A DNA stretch of 63,662 nucleotides, the filler included, from Octopus bimaculoides (lineage: Eukaryota), in assembly GCF_001194135.2 (NCBI RefSeq). It is 6 parts of 6 records of this genome, joined end to end, with 100 filler letters (N's around TTAATTAATTAA, not from the genome) between each part and the next. Parts side by side here need not be neighbours in the genome. Positions count along the whole stretch, not along the records: positions 10,293 to 27,260 come from NC_068997.1; 5 more parts are not named here. One strand, given 5' to 3'. Under the pieces are notes generated by a model that saw only the letters and a list, made by a program, of their open reading frames with translations, ran no database searches and was not told where the DNA came from. The position numbers were made by a program, and so were the translations under genes. Position 1 is the first letter of the stretch, and each line of letters starts with the position of its first letter. This document shows, piece by piece, positions 13,941 to 27,202 of this stretch.

Positions 13941-14049
13941 GCCTGTGTGTACAGAACCTCCGGCATCTGTAAATATCTTTAACAGAAACCATCAATTTTT
14001 GACTAAAACGAATGATCGTTTGATTAGCTGACTGTCTATATGGTGTGCA

Positions 14050-14078
14050 TAGAGAAAGAGAGGTAGAGAGAGAGAGAA

Positions 14079-14117
<39 letters not shown>

Positions 14118-14178
14118 GTTGAGGGGGAAAGTAAGAACTAAGGAAGTAGGGAGAGATAAAGAGAAGTAGAACTCGAGG

Positions 14179-14220
<42 letters not shown>

Positions 14221-14236
14221 TAAAGGAGAAGATTGG

Positions 14237-14278
<42 letters not shown>

Positions 14279-14345
14279 CATAGATAGATAGATAGATAGA
14301 TACATAGATAGATAGATAGATAGATATGTATGTATGCATGTATAT
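14050..14345. repeat. (AG)n/(AGAC)n/(AGAT)n compound microsatellite
   Basis: Direct observation; a similar tract at 16300-16450. Confidence 0.9.
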
Positions 14346-14449
14346 AGCTGATATGGCTGGCGTTCTTGACGAAGAATTCGGAGTTTGAATTTAAATCCTT
14401 TAGAGCACGTCTGAATGTTTTCTATACTGAGCATACCTAGCTCTCATCT

Positions 14450-14522
<73 letters not shown>

Positions 14523-14654
14523 TCGCGTATGTGTGTGTATACATGCATCTATATTTTAGTAAATATGGCAGTGGGTATGCATAAATACACATATACTTGC
14601 ATATACACGCCTAGACGAATTCCTTTCCCTTTCTCGTAGCATTCTCTTTAGTGA

Positions 14655-14810
14655 ATGCAAGAGTTAATTAAACAAGATATTGTCAAAGGAGATAAGGACG
14701 CAGCAGCCACCAACAATAAAGAACAAGATTATAAGGTTTATAAACTAAGACATAGAATACACACTTCACGTAGAAGATATCAAGTTAGACGAGCCAGATG
14801 TCTCTAGATA
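14655..14810 (+). mobile_element. Possible Penelope-like RT N-terminal relic
   Basis: QELIKQDIVKGDKDAAATNNKEQDY resembles DIVIKxADKGxAxVxxxxxDY. Single motif only. Confidence 0.3.
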
Positions 14811-15009
14811 ATCTCCCCTGTCTTGGCAAATTAAGAATGATGATATCCCTGACATCTCATTAGATAAGTAAGTATTATAATATAAACATTGAATAAACCT
14901 GGTTGATAATACAGAATACAGGAATCGTTGAAATAACAAGAATGATATCTGCTACAAATTTGAATATTTAAAAAATCGTCAACGAAGCCAGTAGTATACA
15001 CACACGCGC

Positions 15010-15055
<46 letters not shown>

Positions 15056-15094
15056 GCGCACTCACACTCACACACGCACACGCATACATATATA

Positions 15095-16235
15095 CAGGGC
15101 GCGATGGATAAATTGTCACCATTTTATATTTTTAATTTCGCACATGAGCATTGTTTGTTTCTGATTTTGTCGACTACACAGTATAGTAGCGCCAAATGGG
15201 CACCGTCTGTGAAGAAAACAGTACCATGACACAATTCACTCGGCCAGAAATTTGGAAACGACATGCTGTACTGCTTGGCATCCACGCCAGAAGCTCAAAT
15301 ACAAACATTCCAGAGTGTTTGAGTGTCAATCTGAGGACAGTGCAGAGGATTCGGAAAGAGATGGATGGGTCTAATGGTGATTACGAAGGTACGGGAGTTC
15401 GAAAACTCACTCTGATTGTTCTGGTGAGATCTAGACCATGATTGATACCGATCCCTCCATATCAATCAAGTCCATTGCCAGAGAGATTGGAGTGTCAGTG
15501 TTTTTTTTTTATCAGGCAGGTAGTGCATGAATACATTCGGTATTCCTTATACAAGACGAGAAACGGCCTATTGTTATCTCAAGCCATCAACGAGAAGAGG
15601 AAAGACCGCGCTACGAAGCTTTTGAACAGAGTCAAGCATCCCCTCCAACCGAACATGCTTTGGTTTTTCTTAGACGAGGAAAATTTCTGTTAGGATCAGA
15701 TGGTGAATACATAGAACAACGGCTGGCTTGCCGTGTCTCCAAAACATGTACCGAGAGTGATAAAAATCAAAGATCCAGTCAACGACATGGTGTTTGGAGT
15801 GATCACTAGTGAAGGCGACATTATGCCTCCATTCATCTCCCCACACGGCCTCTGGTTCAACACGGAGGTCTACATCAAGTGCTTGGAGGAAGTATTGCTG
15901 CCCTGGGTCAAGAGGGTGACGGCTGGAAGACCCTATGTCTGACAACAGGACTCTGCACCATGCCACACAGCCATGGATGTCAGGCAATTTCTGCGACCAC
16001 AACACCCTAACACCTGGCCACCCAAAACCCCAGACTGCAGTCCCCTTGATTATTAAGTGAAGGACGCAGTTGAGCGAGAGACCAACAAAACTCCTTGTAA
16101 CACCAAAGATGAACTGAAGGTAAGGATTATGGCAGTGTTCACCAACTTAAACGTCCTAAGTCGTCTGGAGGCCGTAGTTGAAGCCAATGGCAATTTTATT
16201 GAATAAATGTATTCCTTAGTATTTCAAGATATTTC
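15095..16235 (+). mobile_element. Decayed Tc1/mariner DNA transposon, maT/DD37D-like, right end missing
   Basis: Begins TA|CAGGGCGCG at 15093-95. Transposase remnant at 15226-16206: HTH SIKSIAREIGVS, WFFLDEENF (D at 15673), QQDSAPCH (D at 15949), WPPKTPDCSPLDY (D at 16048), C-terminus RLEAVVEANGNFIE*. Several stops and frameshifts. No reverse complement of the left end at the right side. Confidence 0.9.
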
Positions 16236-16341
16236 TTATACATTGCTTATATACATATATCTATACATACAAACAGATTGTCCGAGACAGACTGTGAGAT
16301 GAACAGACAGAAAGACAGACTGACAGACAGAAAGACAGACT

Positions 16342-16422
<81 letters not shown>

Positions 16423-17521
16423 ACAGACGAACAGGCAGAAAGACAGACAGCTATACAAATAGAAAGAAAGATATGCCGCTAACATTTCGATATTAATGGC
16501 AAAGATTAAAAGCGAGCAATGCAAAAAAAGAAAACGCTTATAAGGAAAGTTTAAAGATAAAGAGAGAGAGAGAAGACTGTTTATTGATGCAGTGAAGTGT
16601 GAAATAAGCCTTCCTCTTCCAACTTGGTAAGTTTGTGCTAAATATTTGAGTTGTGGAGAAAATGGTCAGGAAATCGAATTACCATCAAAATAACGTGTTC
16701 AATAGCAGTGAACCATTTTGTGACATGAAATGTAGTCGAAACTGTTTTACTGTGCTTCGCTGAATCGAATGGATGGCTTGGTTTCGTTGGTAGATGTTTA
16801 TGTACGTATGTATATGTGTATGTGTGTATGTGGACTGGTATATGTATAAGTGTGTATGCGTGCGTGTAAATGAGTGTTCGTTGGTATGTATGTATGTATG
16901 TGTGTATGTATGTATGTATATGTACATGTGTGTATGTGTTTGCGTGTGTGTATGTATGAATATGAAAATATGTGTGTGTATGTATACATACTTATATGCA
17001 TTTATTATACAAATATTACAAATATATCATACATATATATATATATGCAACTGTATGTGTATGCATATATGTATTTATGTGTGTGTGTTTTTGTATAAAC
17101 AAAGAGGGAGAGATACGAGCAGTCAGACAGACAGACAGACAGACAGACTGAGAGACGGATGAAAAGAGAGAAAGAAATTCAGACAAGCAAAAGTAGATAA
17201 AGAGATCATTAAAAAGGCAAACAGGCAAACAGATTAACAAACTTACAGCCGACAATATACATACATACATATATATATATATAAAGTAAATAGCTAAATG
17301 ATTAAAATATATATACATGTATAATATAATGATATTGGACATGAAAAGCAATAGTTTAGAACATAAAAGGAAAAGGAGGATCGCTGATGGCGGCATGAAT
17401 CTTGTATTTGTTGCTTGGTTCGATTCCTGGCTATGGCAGTGTTTTTAATTCTAGTCACATACTTGATGATTATTAATTAGATCTGATATCTTAGCAGTTA
17501 ATTTCATAATAATAATGATAA

Positions 17522-17812
17522 TTTCAAATTTTGGCTCAAGACAGGGAAATTTGAGGGGAGGGAGAAGCCGATTACACCGATTCCTGTGTTGAATTGTTAT
17601 TCATTTCATTGACCCAAATGGGTGAAAAGAGAGGTTTCAAATTTTGGCACAAAGCCACCAATTTTACATCGACTCAGTACTTCACTGGTATTTTATTTTA
17701 TTGACCCCAAAAGGACCAAACGTAACGTTGGTCCTGGCGGGATTTGAACTCACAATATAACGAGCCGAAACAACTGTGACAAGGCAATTTTTTCGGACGC
17801 TATAAGACAGGG
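17522..17812 (-). mobile_element. SINE family A, degraded, tail duplicated
   Basis: tttcaaattttggc.caa occurs at 17522 and again near 17636; gggatttgaactcac head remnant. Confidence 0.55.
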
Positions 17813-18049
17813 TACGTGGGATATAATTAACAGTGTATTACTTTTTTCAATACAACTACAAGGTTTTTACATTTTTTCAAGTCACCCATGGTAGATAAAA
17901 TCCTAACGCAAGCAATGGAATGTCATGTAGTCTATGTTGTCATATATGCAGAACACAGCTATGTAGAAATTACCAGCTTTGTAAATGTTACAAGAACTTT
18001 GTACATAGAGTTGAATAGAATCAGAAGTCTCGGGCGACAATATTTCAAC

Positions 18050-18180
18050 TATACGTCGAACGGTTACATTTTGCACCTGAGTGGACTGGAGCAACGTGAA
18101 ATGAAGTGTCTTGCTCAAGAACACAACGCGCTGCTCGGTCCAGGAATCGAACCGACGATATACACCTTAACCACAGATCA
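18050..18180. mobile_element. SINE-like family C fragment
   Basis: ctgagtggactggagcaacgtgaaatgaagtgtcttgctcaagaacacaacgcg...ccaggaatcgaacc. Related pieces at about 1300-1465, 19310-19370 (opposite strand) and 41030-41110. Confidence 0.65.
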
Positions 18181-18743
18181 GGAAAAGCCTGAAACAATGC
18201 TTTCAAGTGCATTTTGTCCGATACTCTAACACGTCTACCAATTCACTGCTTTGGCATGGATTTTTGCTATTATGTTCAGCAGGTCAAGCGGCCACGTGGA
18301 AGATTTTTATCATAGGCTAGTTCAGTGCCGAGACGGAAAGACATATGGCAAATATAATATATTCAACATAGTCCCTGGGGATTCTTGACATTTAGGGAAA
18401 CACAGTGGGTAGGGGTCCTTTCCATTATTTTACTTATTCCCTTTTGGGGGTTCAGTACTTGTTTGTGTTGAAATATAGAATATATTCCGTCATCTGGATA
18501 TACTTCTTATCGAAGGTAATCAGACATATTCCCTCCCTCTCACAACATTTCTTCTTCGCAATAACACACATAAATACGCATGCGCACACACAGAGACATA
18601 TGTGTGTGTGTATGGGTTTCTGTGTACATGTATCTGCGTTGTCTATATATGCATAAATGCATATACTCACATTTAAACATATGCATAAAATATATGTATA
18701 CACACACAAACATATACTCCTATATATATATTATGTCTGTGTG

Positions 18744-18788
<45 letters not shown>

Positions 18789-19010
18789 AAGTATATGTGT
18801 GTATATAAGAATATACACATGAGAATATATCGCGTACATTATACTCCAGTAAACAACAGGTGATTAATTATGTATTAAATGCCAATTATGCAGGGCCGAA
18901 AACTATATACATATACATATATATGTGTGTGTATGTATGTGTGTGTGTTTCAGTGAGTGTGCGTGTGTGCGCACCTACATATATACAAATGCATATATCT
19001 ATCTATATAT

Positions 19011-19061
<51 letters not shown>

Positions 19062-19406
19062 NNNNNNNNNNNNNNNNNNNNNNNNNNNNNNNNNNNNNNN
19101 NNNNNNNNNNNNNNNNNNNNNNNNNNNNNNNNNNNNNNNNNNNNNNNNNNNNNNNNNNNNNNNNNNNNNNNNNNNNNNNNNNNNNNNNNNNNNNNNNNNN
19201 NNNNNNNNNNNNNNNNNNNNNNNNNNNNNNNNNNNNNNNNNNNNCCGTATATGACAAATAACTTTGCTGTTCAACAAATAGATGTCGATAAAATTTAGGA
19301 TGATGTAATTGCGTTGTGGTCTTGAGCAAAGCACTTCATTTTACGTTGCACTGCGATCATTTCATCTAACAGGTGGCACGTGGTGCACCTGTACAGGTAA
19401 TGTCGA

Positions 19407-19477
<71 letters not shown>

Positions 19478-19763
19478 GTGATGACATGCACAAGGTTTCT
19501 TTTCTTTTTTGTCTCTCTTTGTTTCCTTTTTTTTATTTATCCATGTATTTGCTTATTGAACGACATGACGGGCAAACTAGTTGAATTATCCACTTGTCAT
19601 TCGTTCTAGAACAATCCAGAGGAAAATATATTTATTTATCAACAGCTATATAAGCAACAGGTGCACAAACTTCGACTTGTGTATAGCTCGATAAGTGCCA
19701 ACGCACGAAACGCTCGGACCTTTAGTCACTCTGTCATTTCAGCTAAATATCAATATGTGTGTG

Positions 19764-19811
<48 letters not shown>

Positions 19812-20276
19812 TCTGTCTGTCTGTCTGTCTGTGTCTGTGTATGTATGTATGTATGTATGTATGTATGTACGTTAAAAGATATAGTTGATCATTACCGCCA
19901 TTATACACATATTCATACAAACGTACTCAAAAGAGTACATATGCTTCTCCATATATAGGTACTTTGATACTCAATGCTTCACAGTGATGGATATATAAGT
20001 TATATGTATATACAAGTCTACGCACATGGTAGTATATATGTGTGGGTGTAATATAGCATGATAACGATGATCATGATGAATATACACATATGTACATAGA
20101 CATACTTATGTGTATGTGAGTGTGTTGTGTGTCTGTGTGTGTGTGTGTGTGTGTGTGCGTGCGTGCGTGTATGATCGCGAGCATTTTTATATCTGCTTCG
20201 GTATGTATATTTGGAAGTAAAGGCATATGTACGTGTTCCTGTTCGTCTTAATCTAATAGACATGTGCATTTAGACT

Positions 20277-20309
<33 letters not shown>

Positions 20310-21344
20310 ATATNNNNNNNNNNNNNNNNNNNNNNNNNNNNNNNNNNNNNNNNNNNNNNNNNNNNNNNNNNNNNNNNNNNNNNNNNNNNNNNNNNNNNNN
20401 NNNNNNNNNNNNNNNNNNNNNNNNNNNNNNNNNNNNNNNNNNNNNNNNNNNNNNNNNNNNNNNNNNNNNNNNNNNNNNNNNNNNNNNNNNNNNNNNNNNN
20501 NNNNNNNNNNNNNNNNNNNNNNNNNNNNNNNNNNNNNNNNNNNNNNNNNNNNNNNNNNNNNNNNNNNNNNNNNNNNNNNNNNNNNNNNNNNNNNNNNNNN
20601 NNNNNNNNNNNNNNNNNNNNNNNNNNNNNNNNNNNNNNNNNNNNNNNNNNNNNNNNNNNNNNNNNNNNNNNNNNNNNNNNNNNNNNNNNNNNNNNNNNNN
20701 NNNNNNNNNNNNNNNNNNNNNNNNNNNNNNNNNNNNNNNNNNNNNNNNNNNNNNNNNNNNNNNNNNNNNNNNNNNNNNNNNNNNNNNNNNNNNNNNNNNN
20801 NNNNNNNNNNNNNNNNNNNNNNNNNNNNNNNNNNNNNNNNNNNNNNNNNNNNNNNNNNNNNNNNNNNNNNNNNNNNNNNNNNNNNNNNNNNNNNNNNNNN
20901 NNNNNNNNNNNNNNNNNNNNNNNNNNNNNNNNNNNNNNNNNNNNNNNNNNNNNNNNNNNNNNNNNNNNNNNNNNNNNNNNNNNNNNNNNNNNNNNNNNNN
21001 NNNNNNNNNNNNNNNNNNNNNNNNNNNNNNNNNNNNNNNNNNNNNNNNNNNNNNNNNNNNNNNNNNNNNNNNNNNNNNNNNNNNNNNNNNNNNNNNNNNN
21101 NNNNNNNNNNNNNNNNNNNNNNNNNNNNNNNNNNNNNNNNNNNNNNNNNNNNNNNNNNNNNNNNNNNNNNNNNNNNNNNNNNNNNNNNNNNNNNNNNNNN
21201 NNNNNNNNNNNNNNNNNNNNNNNNNNNNNNNNNNNNNNNNNNNNNNNNNNNNNNNNNNNNNNNNNNNNNNNNNNNNNNNNNNNNNNNNNNNNNNNNNNNN
21301 NNNTATATACATACATAGATGTATACATATATATATAAATATAC

Positions 21345-21375
<31 letters not shown>

Positions 21376-21396
21376 CATACATATATATGTATATAC

Positions 21397-21427
<31 letters not shown>

Positions 21428-21639
21428 CAAATGTATGTGTGTATGTATGTATATGCGTATGTGTGAGTGTATATGCAATTACGTATCATTGCATAGAATA
21501 TCTAACATTAACACAAAAGGTGATTGACTGTGGAATCTTTATGTACTTTATTCAGTTAATAGGCAAATAAATGGGATATTTGTGGTGGCGAGCTTGTGTA
21601 TATATAAGCGAGTATACATTCATACATGCATACAAACAT

Positions 21640-21687
<48 letters not shown>

Positions 21688-21709
21688 TACATATATTGAT
21701 ATATTACAC

Positions 21710-21854
<145 letters not shown>

Positions 21855-22171
21855 TGTATGTATGTATATAAACGTATATATTCGCACGCGTACAAATACA
21901 CAAGCACCAGCACTCGGGTTCGCTCGGTTTTATTGATACCCAAAATAAATAAAATCACATGAATTCGTTTTTAGATAAATTGTTTTTAAAAGACGCTGAC
22001 ATTCTTCAGTTTGTTGTAGAATGTTGAATCACTCCAAAATGTTGCAATCAACCAATTCTGAAGATATTTCGAATTCAGATGCATAAAACATGCGCAAAAA
22101 AAACAACAAGAAAAAAGGAAAAGAAAAATGGAAGAGAAAGAGTGAGGGAGAAATACTTTTTCGATATATGC

Positions 22172-22520
22172 AGGCACGGCTGTGTGGTTAAGAAACTAAT
22201 CTTGCAGCAACATGGTTTTGGGTTCAGTACCAGTGCGTTTCACCTTCGGCAATTGTCTTTTTTTATAGCCCCGGACTGACCAACATCTGTGAATGAACTT
22301 CATTGTAGGAAACTGTGGGAATTCCTGTCGTGTATATATGTTTATAAATTTGTGTGTGTTTGCTCTACAACCGCTTCATAATTAGTAGTGGTTGTTTACA
22401 TCCCCGAAACGTTGCGGTTCAGTAAAACAGACCAATTGAATAAGTACCAGACTTGAAAAATAGGTACAGGGCTTGGTTTGTTCGGCAAATCTTGCTAATG
22501 CACGCTAATGACTAAAGTAT
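22172..22520 (+). mobile_element. SINE family B, degraded full length
   Basis: gcaggcacggctgtgtggttaag...gggttcagtaccagtgcg...gcggttcagtaaaa...taagtaccagact. Confidence 0.7.
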
Positions 22521-22895
22521 ATAGAAAATAAGCGATAAAAGATGAATATATATGTATGTGTGAATATATGTGTGTGTGTAATATATCTTAATTGCACCAA
22601 ATCCAGAACTTCTTGCCTCCCTCACACATAATCTTTTTAATCAGTGCACATTCAAAGCCAGTGAACAGTAATTTTACGAAACCGGTATGCCTCTGAATCT
22701 CTTTAACAATTCACAATAATGACTGTTATTACTTTTATTCTTACTTCAGTTCATCTAATTGTATATATCTATCATCACTTTTCATAAAAAGCCTTTACTT
22801 GTTTTGATTTCCAATGTGCATTTTCGCTTTATTTCTTCTTACCTTCTTACATTTCCACGTGTAGTTTCTATTTTCTTTTTGTAACATATTTCTAT

Positions 22896-22946
<51 letters not shown>

Positions 22947-23097
22947 NNNNNNNNNNNNNNNNNNNNNNNNNNNNNNNNNNNNNNNNNNNNNNNNNNNNNN
23001 NNNNNNNNNNNNNNNNNNNNNNNNNNNNNNNNNNNNNNNNNNNNNNNNNNNNNNNNNNNNNNNNNNNNNNNNNNNNNNNNNNNNNNATGTATGTATG

Positions 23098-23149
<52 letters not shown>

Positions 23150-23154
23150 AACTC

Positions 23155-23325
23155 TTTCTACCATAGTCACAAGGCCTGAAATTTTGGGGGAGGGGTTAGT
23201 CTATTACAATGACCCTAGTGCTCAACTCAAAAATAAGTACCAGCCAACTACTGGGGTCGACTACTGCAATCAACTCCCCTCTCTCCTCAAAACCTGCTGG
23301 CCCTGGGCCATAATTTAAAACCATT
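23155..23325. mobile_element. Two SINE family A tail fragments in inverted orientation
   Basis: Left part matches the minus-strand tail (acaaggcctgaaattttgggggagggg). Right part matches the plus-strand tail (aataagtaccag...ctggggtcgac...tcccctctctcctcaaa). Confidence 0.55.
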
Positions 23326-23329
23326 ATCA

Positions 23330-23375
23330 ATGTTGTAATTGTTCTTGTTGATGTTACAGTTGTTACTGTTGCTGC

Positions 23376-23411
<36 letters not shown>

Positions 23412-23656
23412 AAGTATTTGCTGTTTTTGTTGTTGTTGTTGTTGTTGTTGATGTTTTCGTCATTGCTGTTGTCGTATTGTCGTCGTCGTCGTCGTCATAA
23501 CCGTTGTTGTTATGGCAGCAGCTGTTGCTTTTGTCATCATCGTTGTTGTCCTTGTTGTTTTTGTTGTTGTCATTCCTCTTCCTGCCGGTGTTGTTGTGGC
23601 TGCTGTTTCTGCTGCTGCTGTTGTTGTTCCTGATGGTGTCGTTACTAAGCAGCAGC

Positions 23657-23716
<60 letters not shown>

Positions 23717-23718
23717 TA

Positions 23719-23749
<31 letters not shown>

Positions 23750-23760
23750 TGTTGTTGTTT
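23330..23760. repeat. Mosaic trinucleotide repeat (TAG/TTG/CTG/TCG)
   Basis: Direct observation; explains the low-complexity ORFs here. Confidence 0.9.
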
Positions 23761-24559
23761 ATAAGCCTCTTGTTCATTTTCCCATCACTTCAATTACCAA
23801 TCTGTTCGGTTCAGTCCGGTACAGAATTCATTAAAATCCTTTCGTCTCAACAATAACAAGAGCAACAACAACAACAACAACAACAGCAGCAACAATAACG
23901 TCCAGTAGAAATCTTATTTGGTTTGGATCGACTTAAATCGAATCTGGGCGGCGACTAAAGACTAAACAAAGCAACACAACAGGAAGAAAAAAATAGCCAG
24001 CCAACCAACCATCCTGCCCGCTTGCGCCTCTCATTACCACCGACCCTCCGACTTAGCTTGCCCCAATCCGATATCAACAACATCTCACTCTATCCGCCGT
24101 TCCTATTCCGTCCGCCACCACCACCATTACAACTACTACCGCTGCCATCTTTACTATCTGTCACACGTGACATTTTCAAAGTGCATAGAAATGAAATTTT
24201 GATGATTGATTACAAATCTTTTTGACAAGACCCGGGGTCCTTTTTACGACGGAAATTACGGAGAAAAATTATAAAAACATAAAATAAGCAGCCATTTTTA
24301 GTTTTTGCATTTGTAGTTATTATTGTTTTTCTTTTATGTGTGTTATTTTTTGCTTTGTTTTGTTTTTGTTCTTTGCTATAATTCCCCCTCGCTTTCCTTT
24401 TCAAACCACCCACAAATCTTTGTTACTTTCACTTTCAGTTTTGTTGTTTTTTAAGTTTATTTATATATGTTGTATTTTTATTTTTGTATTTTGTTTGTAG
24501 TTTTGGTTGGTTAACTAAGTTAGTTTCTCTTGATGATTCCTTTATTTTTGGATCGCTAA

Positions 24560-24992
24560 TTTGTGACGAAGAAAGTGAGAGAAAGAGAGAGATACATAAA
24601 GTGAGAGAATGAGGGAAAGAGAGACATACATAAAGAGAGAGAGAGAGAGAGAGAGTGAGAGAGGATCACACACAGGAGTACTGAGAAATATACAGAGAGG
24701 GAGACAGTGAGAAATAGAGAGAGAAATACAGAGAGACAGAGAGAGAGACAAAAAGAAAGGGAAAGAGAGATTGACAAAGAGAGAGAGAGGGAGACAGAGA
24801 GAGAGACAAAGACAAGAAGACAGAAAAAACAAATAGAGAGAGGGGAGGGACAGAGAGCGACAAAGAGAGACAGCAAAATAAAGAGAGAGGTAGAAATATA
24901 GAGAAAGAAGGAGGGAGAGAATAAGCCATAAGGAGAATAAGATATAGAGCTAATGAGATAATGAATTTGTAAATGATAAGAGAGAGTGAATG

Positions 24993-25072
<80 letters not shown>
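24560..25072. repeat. Degenerate (GA)n polypurine tract, then (TG)n(AG)n
   Basis: Direct observation. Confidence 0.9.
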
Positions 25073-25073
<1 letters not shown>

Positions 25074-26088
25074 TCAGGGGTATATGAAAGACGGAAAGGG
25101 AATGAGCCAGAGATAGAAAGAAACAATAGACTAAAGGAGAAGAGATACGAGAGAAAATGGAAGAGAATTAAGAAAGAATCTTTAAAAAAAACGGAAAATG
25201 GAAGTGAGAAACAAAATGAGCAAGGGCTTTTTCTTGAATACCCTTAATCGTCAATGCCCCCCCCCCACTCCTTTGAGGTCTCCAGACTCTACACCGTTCT
25301 ACCAGTTTCACCACCACCCCTATAAACCAAATCCGTTGACCGAAGAATTTGCTTCACAATCTTGAGTTTTTTTTTTCCGTGGAATTGCACTGCAAAAGAA
25401 AGCTTGGTAGGTGTCTTGTGGCATCGAAACCCCTAAGTTACTTCGACATTGTCTACAACCTCATTATGGTAACCCCTGCCACGGCACTGGTGTCAGATTG
25501 TCACGAAAGCCCCGTTCGTTTTGGATTGATCAGTGACGTGGCAGGAAGGCACATGTTGCATGGGTAACAACCTGTCCTCTATGCTAACGGTCCCCGACCA
25601 CTTTTTGCACCACGTACCGGTTTCAACCAAGGAAATATTTCCACTGGACGAGGGATCACTCGTTTAACCCTGCTGTACTCTTTCACCACAACTTTCTCCC
25701 ATTCTTCCTTCCTGTTTCTAAATGTTGGCATGCTCGCTTAGCCAGCGGAGTGGCGTCATTTAAAGGCTAAAACAATATGAAGCATATAAATTTTACTGAT
25801 CTGAGGCACAATTTTTTCATGGCCCCTGAAAAATAGCTGTGGGTTCCCAGTTTACTATACAGCGTCTGTAGACTCCTAGAGTTCTTATATGGACACCCCC
25901 GTGTCCAAATGAACACCCCCGTGTCCAAATGGACCCCAGCTAAGAACCCCTACTTTAGAAGGTGTCTGGTACCATAGGCTCAAACAGACCGAAATATCTG
26001 TTGATGACTGTGATTTATAAGGTTTACCTGTAATTTCTTAGGGTCAACCATGTTAGATATTGTATCAAGCTGTTTCAGTCTGAGGGAA

Positions 26089-26130
26089 ATTATTTTACGT
26101 TTCGAGCATACGCTCTTCCTCTGAAAGAAT
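26089..26130 (-). ncRNA. Minimal Type I hammerhead-like motif, one core substitution
   Basis: Minus strand reads attcttt CAGAGGA a GAGC gtat GCTC GAAAC GTA aaataat. Stem II is 4 bp plus a tetraloop, stem III is a loopless ACGT palindrome, stem I pairs 6 of 7. The core has U4->A (CAGA instead of CUGA). Confidence 0.6.
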
Positions 26131-26330
26131 AGACCAGTAGAGAAAAAGCAATTAGAAATAAAAGAACACCATCATATCTGCGGAATATTCAGCCACTTAC
26201 ATTATAGAACAATATGTAAAAAATTTAAAGACTTAGCCTTTCCCACGCACGTACGCACGAACACAATCGCACACACAAACACACACAAACATACAGACAT
26301 ACACACACTCAGACATACATCACTCACACG

Positions 26331-26361
<31 letters not shown>

Positions 26362-27110
26362 TTACTCAAGCACACGCATACATACTCGCACGCAATCTGC
26401 AATGTTGATTCTGTCTTAAGATTAGATGTCATCAACAAATCTCTGTCGAATATTCAACCAGTTTGTACAATAATTGAATGTGAAGAGAGTTTAGCTAATC
26501 GAATACCTGGATTATTCCCCGTCGACACTGACGAAGATCCATCTATTTTATGCTTGCATGACCATTTATCTGTGTCTGTTACTATGTTTGTATGCTTGTG
26601 CTAGAATCTATTTGTGTGTAGGGAGTTGCCTCTATGTGAATGTGTATTCGTGTTTGTGTGTATTTGAGTGATTGTTTGCATGCGTATGTATGTGTTTGTG
26701 TGTGTGAGAGAAAGAGAGGGGGAGAGAGAGTAAGAGAGGTAGTCATTGAGAAGGAGAAAAAAGTTACATACACTAATATTATTTAGTGAAGCGTAATATA
26801 AACTTAGTTTAGCGTCATTTGATGCCGTAATTAACCAACCAATCACTGGCGTTTCAAAACTCTCTCCGTCTCTCTCTTTCTTTCTGTCTCTCGCTTTCCG
26901 TCTTCCTCTCTCTCACTCACTTTCCTTCTTTCTCTTTTTCTTTTTCACTCTCTCCCTTTCTCTCTCTCTCTCTCTTACAACTTCTATATTTCATTGGTTC
27001 ATTCCTTTTGGTTGTCTGTATCTCGTTATCTGTTTCTACTTTCCTTCTTACTACACCCCTCCTTCCCTCTCTCTACACACTTCCTTCTATACGCACATAC
27101 ATACACGCAC

Positions 27111-27202
<92 letters not shown>

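Noticed and set aside
19685-19722. GTGC-caac-GCAC hairpin followed by GAAAC
   Set aside because: No CUGANGA upstream (CTCGATAA) and no stem I pairing.
23460-23777. T/Y/A-rich ORF resembling a low-complexity transcription factor
   Set aside because: Several frames on both strands are open because the DNA is a trinucleotide mosaic; no splice or domain support.
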